Source: Eledone cirrhosa (taxonomy: Eukaryota). Taken from it: DNA of 64,000 nt. The stretch lies in contig OZ024743.1 of the NCBI GenBank assembly GCA_964016885.1, forward strand, positions 247,256,001-247,320,000. The letters are read 5' to 3'. The stretch's first letter is position 1, and each line of letters begins with the position of its first letter. Position numbers and translations under genes: made by a program. A model generated the notes under the pieces. It saw only the letters and a list, made by a program, of their open reading frames with translations. It made no database searches and was not told where the DNA came from. Below are positions 53,497 to 64,000 of the stretch, piece by piece.

Positions 53497-54547
53497 TTCT
53501 TCTTTGCCTACTTATTCCTGAAAGGGTCGTGAGGGTAGAGTCCTCAAACACTCCTTCCAGTGGGTCCTGTCAACCATCTCCAACTGATCCAGCTGGATCC
53601 CCAAGCAAGACCAGCCAAGCTCATTGATGTTATCCAACCATCTTGCTTGGGGTCTACCTCTGGGTCTCCTGTTGGTTGGTTTTGCCTATAAAATCTGTCC
53701 AGTGATTTTTTCCTGAGACATTATAACCACATTCCCATAGTATCGGAGCTGTGATCTCTCAATTTGGAGAAGTAGCGCCTCTACCTGGAGTGACTCTCTG
53801 ATCTCCAAGCTACACACTATCGAGTAACATTACTCCAAAAACCCTTTGGAGGAATCCCATTTCAGCCGCTTGTATTTGTGATCGTACTCTTTACTCTTTC
53901 GGTCATTACCCAAGATGCATGACCGTAGGCACAAATACTGAATTGAAGATAGCGAGTTTGGCTTTAACACCTACCTCCCTTCTGATTAGTGAATGCTGAA
54001 GCTGGCACATAACTACACCAGCTCCTACAATTCTTGCACTTAATTCAGCCTCTTGCCTTCCATCAATTGTGAACACAGCCCCGAGATACTTGAACTTCAC
54101 ACCTGCTTCAGTAGAACTCCATTCATATGTAGAGTTTTCGCAGCACTGATTTTCATTCCAGCCATGCAACACTCAGCATCAAACCTATTGAGTGTAAGTC
54201 AGAGATCACCTTCCGTCAAGTTAACACCATGTCATCTGCAAATTCCAACTGACTGATTTTATACCAGCCAGTTGTGATACCACTTCCAACCCTGCTGCAC
54301 ATGTCAATCTTGTTGATGAAAATAATGAACAGGAGAGGTGACAGTATGCACCCTTGGTGGAGTCTGACTCCCACATTGAATGGTTTCAATTTAGCACCAG
54401 ATATCCAAATACAAATACTTGGGCATTCATATGGGCAACAAGAAGCTGACCATCGATCCCAATCTCCTACACAACCTTCCACAACAGGTTCTGAGGAACG
54501 CATTCATATGCCTTTTCAAGGTCTACAAAACAAGAATATACCAAGAG
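53497..54547 (-). mobile_element. 5'-truncated RTE of the Rex3/Expander type
   Basis: PFNVGVRLHQGCILSPLLFIIF...FADDMVL and KFKYLGAVFT.DGRQEAEL..RI...KAKLAIFNSVFVPT. (GAA) tail. Imperfect TSD gcaattagtc (53487) / gcaattacagtc (54548). Confidence 0.85.
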
Positions 54548-55022
54548 GCAATTACAGTCAGTTGCTATAAAAATCAGCTAAAGACCCTTAGAGGCAGAAA
54601 AAGTTTGCCAGCGATCACTACAAAGAATCGAACTCCAAATCTCCCAGAAACTGGCTAGATGCTCTCACCATTGAGCTAAGGGACCTTTGACAACATCTTA
54701 CCTTCTAAAAATGTCGTGTGAAGCTCGAATTTTCAAACTTACAAAGAGCTGAGGAAATATATTTTTTAAATGTATGATGCTCAGGCACAGAAAATAACTG
54801 CAATTAGTCATTTCCTATAAAATAGCTTATAAAAATTTAGGAGATAGGAGTTCGATTCTTCAGCAACATTCTATCCACCATCTCTAAGGATCTTTACCCA
54901 ATGTTTATAAGTTATTTTATAGCAACTGACTAATTGCAGTTATTTTCTGTGGCTGAGCTTCCTACATCTTATAAATTTAGTTCCTTGATGCTTCATAAGT
55001 TTGAAAATTTGAGCGTCACACA
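54548..55022. repeat. Tandem-plus-inverted repeat of about 250 bp with a tRNA-like head
   Basis: The agaaaataactgcaattagtc motif occurs at about 53476 (split by the RTE), about 54789 and inverted at about 54927-54948. Minus strand 54625-54684 has A box tagctcaatgg and B box ggagttcgattc. Confidence 0.6.
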
Positions 55023-55071
55023 CAATGTTTGTTTTATATATATATATATAGGGAGAGAGAGAGAAAGAGCG

Positions 55072-55370
55072 AGCATAGCCAAATAGTTACGGTGTTCACA
55101 CTGATTGAGCCTTAGCTTCAATATTATTGCATGACATTTGGGGCAAGTGCCTTAGACCATGGCATGTGAGTAAAATTGGGTAGATGTTTGTAATTCAACG
55201 GACCATCCTTGTCACACACTATGCCATGCTGAATCTCCCTGGGAATTATGTTAAGGGCACACATGTCTGTAGAAGGCTCAAGTACTTGCATGTTAATTTC
55301 ACAAGCAGGCTGTTCCACGGATCAAACAACTAGAACACTTTTCATCAAAATCAATGGAGGCCCATTCCAT
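55072..55370 (+). mobile_element. SINE-like repeat with CORE-like gggcaagtgcc segment
   Basis: The 3' half (ccttgtcacacac...atgctgaatctccctg...ttaagggcacac.tgtctgt) is repeated at 32749-32845. Confidence 0.55.
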
Positions 55371-55450
55371 GTTACTTAAAATAGGGTAGTAAAATAATGT
55401 TTTGCTGAAAAAGAAAAGACACCAGTAGTAGATTCTAAATTTATTAAGAA

Positions 55451-56036
55451 CTAGCAGTGGTACTCGGCGTTGCACGGGATAAGGTATTGTGAAATATATA
55501 ACCGCCTTAGCTAAGCTTAGTATTGCCACAACCACGGCTGGCAAAGAAGTAAGGGTCTGGTGGTACGTAAGTAAGCAACACTGTGGCTTAAAACGTGAGG
55601 AAGAAGTTGTGTGCACTTACCAACTGTTTGGGGAATGAGTGTGAGATTTGTCTTGAGCAAAGGTGGCAGAATAACCGGAGGCAGCAGACAGCTAGACATA
55701 CAGACAGATATTATAAGGGCGCGTTCTGGACGCAGAGCGAATTGTAGGAAGTGACGTAATGCAGACAGCCAGACATACAGACATATTATAAGGGCGCGAC
55801 GTTATATATATGTATCTATCTAAAAAGAGAAAGACTAAGAATTATAGAGAGATCGCTAAATCGCCTAATGCGGCCCCTAGTGCATTGAAAATTTGAAATT
55901 CTTTTTGCTCAGAACACTCCCTGAAACATAAATATTACATGTGTAAAGTTTGAAAACAGTCAGTTGGGTGCTTCTCTAGTTTTAGGGATTCAAACTCACA
56001 CAGACAGACATCCTCAGTTTTATATATATATATAGA
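55451..56036 (-). mobile_element. Non-autonomous Helitron, same family as 15521-16890
   Basis: A|TCTATATA start at 56036; 3' hairpin (ctcggcgttgcacggg on the plus strand) and CTAG|T at 55451. 55755-56036 is homologous to 16618-16890. Confidence 0.85.
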
Positions 56037-56159
56037 TATAAAACTGAGGATTAGTGTTGCCACATATCACAAACAATAATTACTTTACTGTTATGATTAT
56101 CTATATTTCTCACTTATACAATTACTTTCTATATCTAGAAGATTGTAAAGGGTATTTTT

Positions 56160-58098
56160 TCATCATCATCACTGTTTAACATCCATTTTACCATGCTAGC
56201 AAGGATTAGACGAGTTGTCTCATTGTTAGATAAGCCAGGTCAGATGACCATGTCTTGCTCAAACAGAACTGTTTCTGGATTTGTTTCTACAGTTGGATGC
56301 TCTTCCTAATGCCAACCACATATACAGTATGTACTGGATGCTTTTTGTCATTGACAACTACATGACCACTTTACAATGTGGACAGGGGGTCGGGTGGGAG
56401 AGGTAAATGGAGATTGGAGAGGTAGCTCTAGTATGAGGCACTAATCTATTGAATAGTGAGAGTGTAGGGATGTGGATGAAGAGTGGTGTTAGGACATGCA
56501 TGTGTTAAGAGGTGGCTGGAGTGTTAGGATCTGGGAGGTGTATGGAAGAGTGAGGGGAAGGTAATGCATACAAGATGCACACATGGAAATGCATGTGCTT
56601 TGTATTATTGCATTTGTGTCATTGCCTTTGAGAGGTGCAAGGTCATCTTTTATCACTTAATCCCAAGTGTTCCTACTCCATAGCTTCCATTGACTTTGAT
56701 CGCCCTGCACCTTATTATACAGCTGTCATCCTTCATAAGCATCACATGTCCATCCCAACTCATTCTCCTCTCCTGCACATTGCATCTGATCCCTCTTATG
56801 CCTAATTTCTCTCACAGTTCGTTTATGACTCACCATTAGTGTATATTACACATCCATCAACGCATGCAAGCTTCATTTCTTTCCTATCTTTGCAAGTCTT
56901 CTGCACACAGCACCCAGGTCTCACTACTATGCAACACATGGATCATACAATCTGCTCTTCATTTTGAGGGGAAACATTCCATAGCTAGTAGTGGTAGTAG
57001 CTCCCTGAACTTCCTCCATCCTGTTCTCACTCTGCCTACTGTACTTTTGGAACACCCACCTAATTTAGTTACCCAGTTAAGAGAAACTATCAACTACTTC
57101 TACCAAGCCTTCTGGGCATTTAAAGGAGCTAATACCCTGTGGGCTCTTACTACTTATTGTGCCTGTGCAACAACCACATATAAAACCTGAATTCTTTACT
57201 AGCCTACTTGAAATCCCAGTACATTTCTTGTGTACCCATAGTTGGCATTTGGAGCATAAGATGGAATTTCTACCTACTTCTTTCATGCAAACTGAGCAAG
57301 GCCACTTCCTTGAGGGAATCTGGGCCTTGATTTCCTTTTTACATACTAAGACATTGGTCTTTGCTAAGCTGACTTTAAGACCTTTAGTTTCTAGGCTTTA
57401 CTTCCAGATTTGGAATTTCTTCTCTAGTTCTGCCATGGATTCAGCTATAAGGGTTAGGTCATTTGCATACAAAAGTTCCCATGGGCAGCCAGTCTTAAAC
57501 TCTTCTGTTATAACCTGCAGAACAATAATAAACAGAAGAGGATTAACAACAGAGCCCTGATGAACATCAACCTGCACACTAAATTCTTCACAATAGTAAT
57601 TAATTCTAACCTTGCTGACTGTTCCTCTATACATAGTTTGTACTGCCCTCACAAGCCACTCATCTACTCCTAGTTTTCTAAGAGCCTACCAGATAATGGA
57701 ACAGGGGACTCTATCAAAAGCTTTCTTCAAGTCAACAGATGCCAAGTAGAGGGGGTTTACTTTTAGCTAGGTACTTCTCCTGCAGTTGCCTCACAAGGAA
57801 GAAGGCATCAGTGGTACTTTTACCAAGCACAAATCCAAACTGATCAGCTGTGCTATAACTCTTTCTGTGACCTACATGACCTGGTCAATCAACTTGATGC
57901 CTCTATAATTTTTTCTGTCTAGAGCATCTCTGTTAGCAGCCCTTGTAGCATTGATGATGCTATGCCAGTCGTTGGTTATGACACCATTTTGTATTACTTG
58001 GTTTACAATACAAGTGGTAAAAGCATGATCCACCATCCCAGATGCTTTCAGCATCTCGGCAACTATACCTGAAGGTCCAACTGCTTTGCCTGTCTTCG
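56160..58098 (-). mobile_element. Older, degraded RTE copy
   Basis: RT fragments (NYRGIKLIDQVM, VHQGS, LLYAND), finger remnant, 3' UTR and (CAT)n tail at 56160. Confidence 0.9.
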
Positions 58099-61000
58099 GA
58101 TACTCATAGAGTTCTGTGGAAGGTGCAACACACAGTTTGCTTGATCATGCTAATTTGGGGCTCTAGATGATTTATGTAGCTCAATTTAGTGCATTTGTTT
58201 CGTAGAAATATGTTTACTTAATTCGTCCATTTATTGAAATTCTGGCTCAAACTCAATATTTGAAGTCTTGGATTCATGTTCTGTTTCAGCTCTCCTAGCT
58301 CAGTAAAATGTTATTTTGACAAGTAGCATCAATATGCATTATGAACATCCATGGTATTTCCCTTTTTATTGTGCCATCTCGTGGCCAAAATCAGTAATGG
58401 CTGACCTACCCCCATTTATTATACCAAAATAAAGCAAAAAAAAGTGCTCTTAATGACTATTATTTTCAATGATCCAGTGCATTGAAAAGAACTAGTGTTA
58501 CCATTCAGCAGTCAAAAACGAAAACAGGACAAATGTAGTAATCGGGTGCAAATATGAGGGTGATTAAGAGGATCTGGCAAGATATGTAAGTGTCGGATTT
58601 TGATCAAAAGTATATGAAAAGAAAGTTCACACCCAGAACATTCAAATGATATATAACTGTCCATAAAAAAACGTATTTTGATATGAAAATGATCAAGCAA
58701 AAAGTGAATTATTGTGTGGTCAAATTGTGCTTGTCACCCCTTTTCGGAGCTCTAATATATGGCTATCAGATCTCCTTTTGATAAAAACAAATCTGTTATT
58801 TGTATTTTTATCATTGGTGTACAGCAGCACTTTCATTTTTGCTATAGCAGCAAAGTATTGTAACCAAAGCTCTGTAATATCTAGGTCATTGAGTGGAATT
58901 CTTTGTTGTTAGTCGGCAATGTTATTGCCATGTCATTCTAAGTTTATCCAAATAAAGCCAGCCATATGCAATTCCTTGTTTGGAAGCTTTATTCAATTCA
59001 ATAACCAAGCCTCAACACTGAACTAGTAGCCACCTTAAATAGTCTGAATTAGTATGTAAATTGAATTCAACACTAACAATATTACTGTAATAAGCACTAA
59101 TTTAAGACAGAAAAAAGAAGCAACATTATCTTTTTCTATCATAATTTTATTTAAGAACCTATATTAAGTTATGTTCATAAGTAATGTCTTTCATTAGAAA
59201 TATGGTAAATACCATAAAAAAAAAAGGAATTTATTTTAAATTGTTCATCAATTGATCAAATCTTGAATTAAGTTACTGCATATAATGTCATTTAAATATG
59301 TTGGAAGGTTTAAGGTTATTCTGCCAGATAATTTGACTCGCCTCCTTTTGAAAACATGCAACAATGTTTGGAAAGCTAATTGAAAGTCTTGTATACAGAT
59401 TCAATTGTTCCAGAGCTTGAAAAGCAGTGCAACAATAGTTTCTAATTGCCAGTGGTAGTTGAAATAAAAGGAATATTTTACATCAAGCTTGCTGAAATTT
59501 AAATGCTAATATATAGCATGTATTAACTCATTAATGACAGACATTAGAAAAGCATGAAGAACAGTCTAAGAAATCACTGACAAAGCACTGCTTGTGATTT
59601 TCATTTTTTTTTCCTAGAATAAAAACTCTACTCAGTGAGTTATCCAGTTATAGTGAGTATATAGTTTATTTTTTGTCTTATAAATTTACATTTGTCCACA
59701 GAATACCTTCAAGTAGGTATAGCAATAGAATTTGCTTTTGGAATTAAATTAGCGAAGGGTGTCATAGGTGGAATCTTCAACCAAACATAATTTGACAACA
59801 CTAGAGAGGCTTCAGGCTCATCAATTTAAATGCCAACAGAGAATGTTGAAACATGAAACTCTAAGCATTATGTCTAGGCATAAACTGTGTATAATTAAGT
59901 GACAGTTATTTATACATTTCAATCGAATATCAATTTCACATATTTATTTAATTTGGAAACTAAACTGTATTGGTGCCATCACCACATTGCTTCTGAATGA
60001 TGTAATGACAATCCATTCAGCATAGCAATGTCAGCTGGAATAAAACTGTAATTTTCACTGTCAACTAAAGCTTGCATTAATCACAATATTAATGAATATA
60101 CAAGACAATACAAGCATAACAGTGTGGTTAAGAGGTTTGTTATCCCACTCCATGACAACTTCAACTATAGCTTCAAGATGGCCATGGTCATGCAAGTGAA
60201 TTTGGTAGATGTAAACTGTATGTGTACATCTATGTCTGTATGCCTCTTCTCTTTGCATTTCATATCACTAAAGAAGGGAATGCTATTTTTTTACGTCCAA
60301 AAAGTTTCATGGCTCAGTGGTCAATGGTGCGAAGTCTTATCTTATTTAAGAAAAACAAGTGATGGTTGATGTCAGGAGGAACATCAAAGCATGAAAATGT
60401 GCTTCAAATCGGACTAGTTTGGAAAAATAAACATAGAAATAATGAATCTTGGCAATGTTACCAGCACTTCTACAATCTAGGACATACGTGTATGATCAGC
60501 AGCTCTATGATCTACAGAGTGTACAGCAATTCTACAATCTAGACAATATTACTAGCAGTTCTAAAGCCAAAAGTGTTTTTTGTTCAGACAATGTACTCTA
60601 GACTACGTTGTGTTCTCTGTGTTCTTTAAGACTAAGATGTGGTCTGAGTAAGGTTTGGCTGTTATTTCTAGCAGGTTAAGCGACCAACTATTGATTGGTG
60701 TATGTGCAAATTATGCTAAACAAAGGATTGGGAGAACTCTTCACTTGTGTCAAGGATATCACCTCTCTAGTATAGTACCGGTGCCACGATAACATACAGC
60801 CAATACACTCTGTAAAGTGGTTGGTTGAAAGCTATCCAACCATAGAAACCATGCCAAAACTAGGACGTAAGTAAGCGGGGCGTGAGGCCCCGGTCCTTCG
60901 ATGAGAAAACAATACAATAATTCTGATTAAGCACTGACTTGAGTCCATGACGATCCGTCAAACACAAGCCAGCGTGGGAAAGCGGACGTTAATTGAAGCG

Positions 61001-61650
61001 AGAATGTGTGCTCGCACGCGGAGCATGTGAAATGAATCCAGTGAATCACGAGATATTTTCATTTTCTTATTTTGAGATATATTGTCAGTAATGAAGGTAT
61101 TTAAAACAAGAACGTAAAAGAAAAGGATAGTTGAGGGGGGGGGGGGGGTAACCCCTTGACTCAGGTTTATGTCGAATAAAATCTTCAGATAAGGTATCTT
61201 TTAACTGAACAACAACTTTATTCTTTAGAATGTTTATAATTAGTGCAGAAATGAATGTATATATTAATCACAGAAATTAAAAACGTTTGTACAGATAAGA
61301 ACACAAAAGATAAGAAAAATATTTTTTTCAGAATAAAGTCGATGTCACAGGTGAAGAGGGTGCGCTCGATTTGTATGACAGCACGTAAATAAAAACTCCT
61401 ATATACTTGAGCTACATACGTTTTAGTTTTCCTTTCACTTACATGCGTGAGTTGATGACTGTTCAACTAACGCCTACGTTTGTTTATAGTGAACACCTGT
61501 TTAATTCACGACTCGCCACAAAAGAATACGGCGTCCCTTCTGGCCTATAAAATTAAGGAAAGATTGACACGGCATACAATTACGATAAGTCAATAATATA
61601 CGTTTCTGCAATTATATTGCTAATTAGCTACATAAATTCAAGATTTTGCT

Positions 61651-61916
61651 CTAATGTAATAAATACTAATCTATATATAGGCACGTATCGATTCAGATCG
61701 TTTTCCTCCCTTGCCGTCCTTCGGGGAAACGCCTTCTCCATTCTGTCCGCCGGGGCTGTGGGTGGGCCACATCCCGTACCGTTGTAGAAGAAACAGGAAG
61801 ACAACAACTGGAAACTACATGGTGGGTACTGAAAATTTAATTAAAGCTACCCAATTATTTTGAAAACGATCTGAATCGATACGTGCCTATATATAGATCA
61901 GTATTTATTACATTAG
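61651..61916. mobile_element. MITE-like element with 55-bp terminal inverted repeats and a GC-rich core
   Basis: ctaatgtaataaatactaatctatatataggcacgtatcgattcagatcgttttc (61651-61705) is inverted at 61862-61916 with one mismatch. Confidence 0.8.
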
Positions 61917-61918
61917 CT

Positions 61919-62024
61919 CAAATCCCGCCGAGGTTAACTTTGCCTTTCATCCTTACGAGGTCGATAAAATAAAGTACCAGTAATGTACTGAGTGATTGCT
62001 GGCCTTGTGCCAAATGTAGAAACA
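61919..62024 (+). mobile_element. 5'-truncated tRNA-derived SINE with 19-bp TSD
   Basis: caaatcccgccgaggttaactttgcctttcatcc...gtaccagtaatg...ggccttgtgccaaatgtagaaaca, flanked by agtatttattacattagct at 61900-61918 and 62025-62043. Confidence 0.88.
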
Positions 62025-64000
62025 AGTATTTATTACATTAGCTACATTGTCAGCTCATATCAAATCTTGATCTTACTTTTATACAAATAGCTAAAATGAT
62101 ATGTACTATACATGCACCTTTGACGAGTTGTAGTGCACCTGAGCACTTTACACAATAATTTCATATTATATTATATATTTCAAGTATAATAAACCATGTA
62201 TGGAATAGTGGGCAAAATCCCTATATATTGAAGTGACAGTAAAATCCGATAAAAATGACGGCCGTATCCAACATGTAATATTTAACCACATTTGCAAATA
62301 ACTACATAGATATTTTCGCTTCTCTTTTTTGTATTTTTTGTTGTTGTTATTGTTTTCTTTATTCACTTCTTTAATTACAATCGTTTAATCAAAATATCCA
62401 GTACAACGGATCGGGTAATTTTACTTTCACTTCAATGTAGAAAAATGCTTATATAATTTTGTCCTCAAGTAAAGTAGTTGACAAAAATAAGTATTTTCTT
62501 GATTAGTATATAATATAAGAAAAACATAAAACAAAGTCTGTACAGAGAAAAGTTTTCGGAAACTGCTATAGAGTAAAAGAAATAAAGTGCATGAGACACA
62601 GCAAGAAAGAATACGCATGCGTGATCTTGCTATTATTTACAGCAGGTTTTCTGTTGTTTTAAGGGATAGAGAGAGAGTGAGAGTTGCGTAAGTATGTATA
62701 TAGAGAAAGGAGGGGGTACGTAAGAGTGTGTGTATGTGAATAAAGTGATGTACGTCCGTTGTATGTAAAGTGGTGCGAGTTAGTTGAGTATATATATATG
62801 TGATGTTTTCCTCGTTCTGTGTATATGTATGGCACCGCAATTGGAATTGGCAAACAAAATAAGGATAGGATAAAATTGTATACTAATTTCATTTTCTTGT
62901 ATGTCCCTAACATCATGTCTCAGAAGATGCAGTAACTTCTAGCAATTAAAAAAAAATGGCATTAAAATGCTGATAATTTCCATAGTTTAGTTCATATTTG
63001 CACAACATGTTACATAACCCGGTGATGTTGAAATAAATTCTAACCAGAGGATATCGCAATGGCATGAGATTTATACTATACAAAATTCTGTTGCCCGTAT
63101 ATCCACATTATGGATTACACATTGTTTCATACTGAATATTTTAGGTTTCTCCTTGAGCTGAGAGTAAATATTTTAATTCTATTTCTTAATGAGCTGATCG
63201 ATATATATTACATTAACAGTATTTATTTCATTATCCTAAAATATACAAAGCGCAATGCTTCGTTATCCAAAGATTTACCAGAAGTTTTAATGAGCACAAA
63301 TAAACATTGAAATTTGCAGACAAATAGCATTTGTGCTACAAAGCTTAATATAATCAAATCTAAATCTACAGATAAAAAACTGAAATTACAAAAACAAACA
63401 ATAACTAAATACATCTAAAATCTAATAAACATAACAGCTAACGTTCGACTATTACAATGTTTGGGAGAAATTAGTTAATAACTGATGAGAATATCATTTA
63501 TTTCAAAATAGCCCATAACTATTGGAAGATGATATATACTACACAACAAATAGATACAAGACTATATTTCACTTGAGTGAAGAGAGAAATCCTAAATGCC
63601 GGTATAAGAGTAGAAATGCACACAAAAAAGAGGAAGCGAAAAGAAAATTAGCATTGGACCAATATCAGATGACGCTGAGCTGATGATGGCCTGATGGGGG
63701 TCTGCACCCGACACAAACGATGACTTGATCACAATTATTAGATGATGTCACTTTAGAAAGCTCACGACTAATCACAACCCCTTTCTTTTCTTTTACTGAC
63801 AGTAATATGTAGTTTAATTACAGATTAACCACTTGACTGTGTGTTATGATGCAGCCTTAACATATATGATACAGAACACACTCAGTATAACAATGGCAAC
63901 GGATTACAAACTTTTTTTAATTAAAGTAAAATCCTAAAAAATACATATTAAACAGAAAGACTTGGGTTGTAAATAAACATATACGTACACAATTACAAAA

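Noticed and set aside
54625-54684. tRNA gene
   Set aside because: A and B boxes are present but there is no acceptor stem or cloverleaf; treated as a repeat head.
59300-60060. Possible very old LINE RT remnant
   Set aside because: Only vague motif echoes with many stops; not supportable without a profile search.

Overview
AT-rich animal genomic DNA. The repeat content (RTE LINEs with (GAT)n tails, tRNA-derived SINEs, piggyBac-type MITEs, long TA/TG microsatellites) suggests a coleoid cephalopod, probably Octopus; this is inference. The window is mostly intron of a minus-strand lysophosphatidylcholine acyltransferase (LPCAT1/2-like) gene. Two coding exons are visible (35678-35820 and 13255-13472, the latter with the catalytic HxxxxD motif), separated by a 22.2 kb intron. 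The rest is transposon debris: several RTE copies (most carrying a PHD-type finger inside the RT), a CRE-clade endonuclease fragment, three non-autonomous Helitrons, MITEs and SINEs. The main find is at 15613-16328. Inside a Helitron, between 14-bp direct repeats, sit two head-to-head, circularly permuted, slightly-longer-than-unit copies of a 320-nt non-coding monomer. Each copy contains a complete type I hammerhead ribozyme with a covariant U3-A8 core, i.e. a candidate retrozyme/circRNA family. A second, unrelated hammerhead with an enlarged stem II lies at 53345-53435 (minus). All calls were made by eye, with no database search or folding program.
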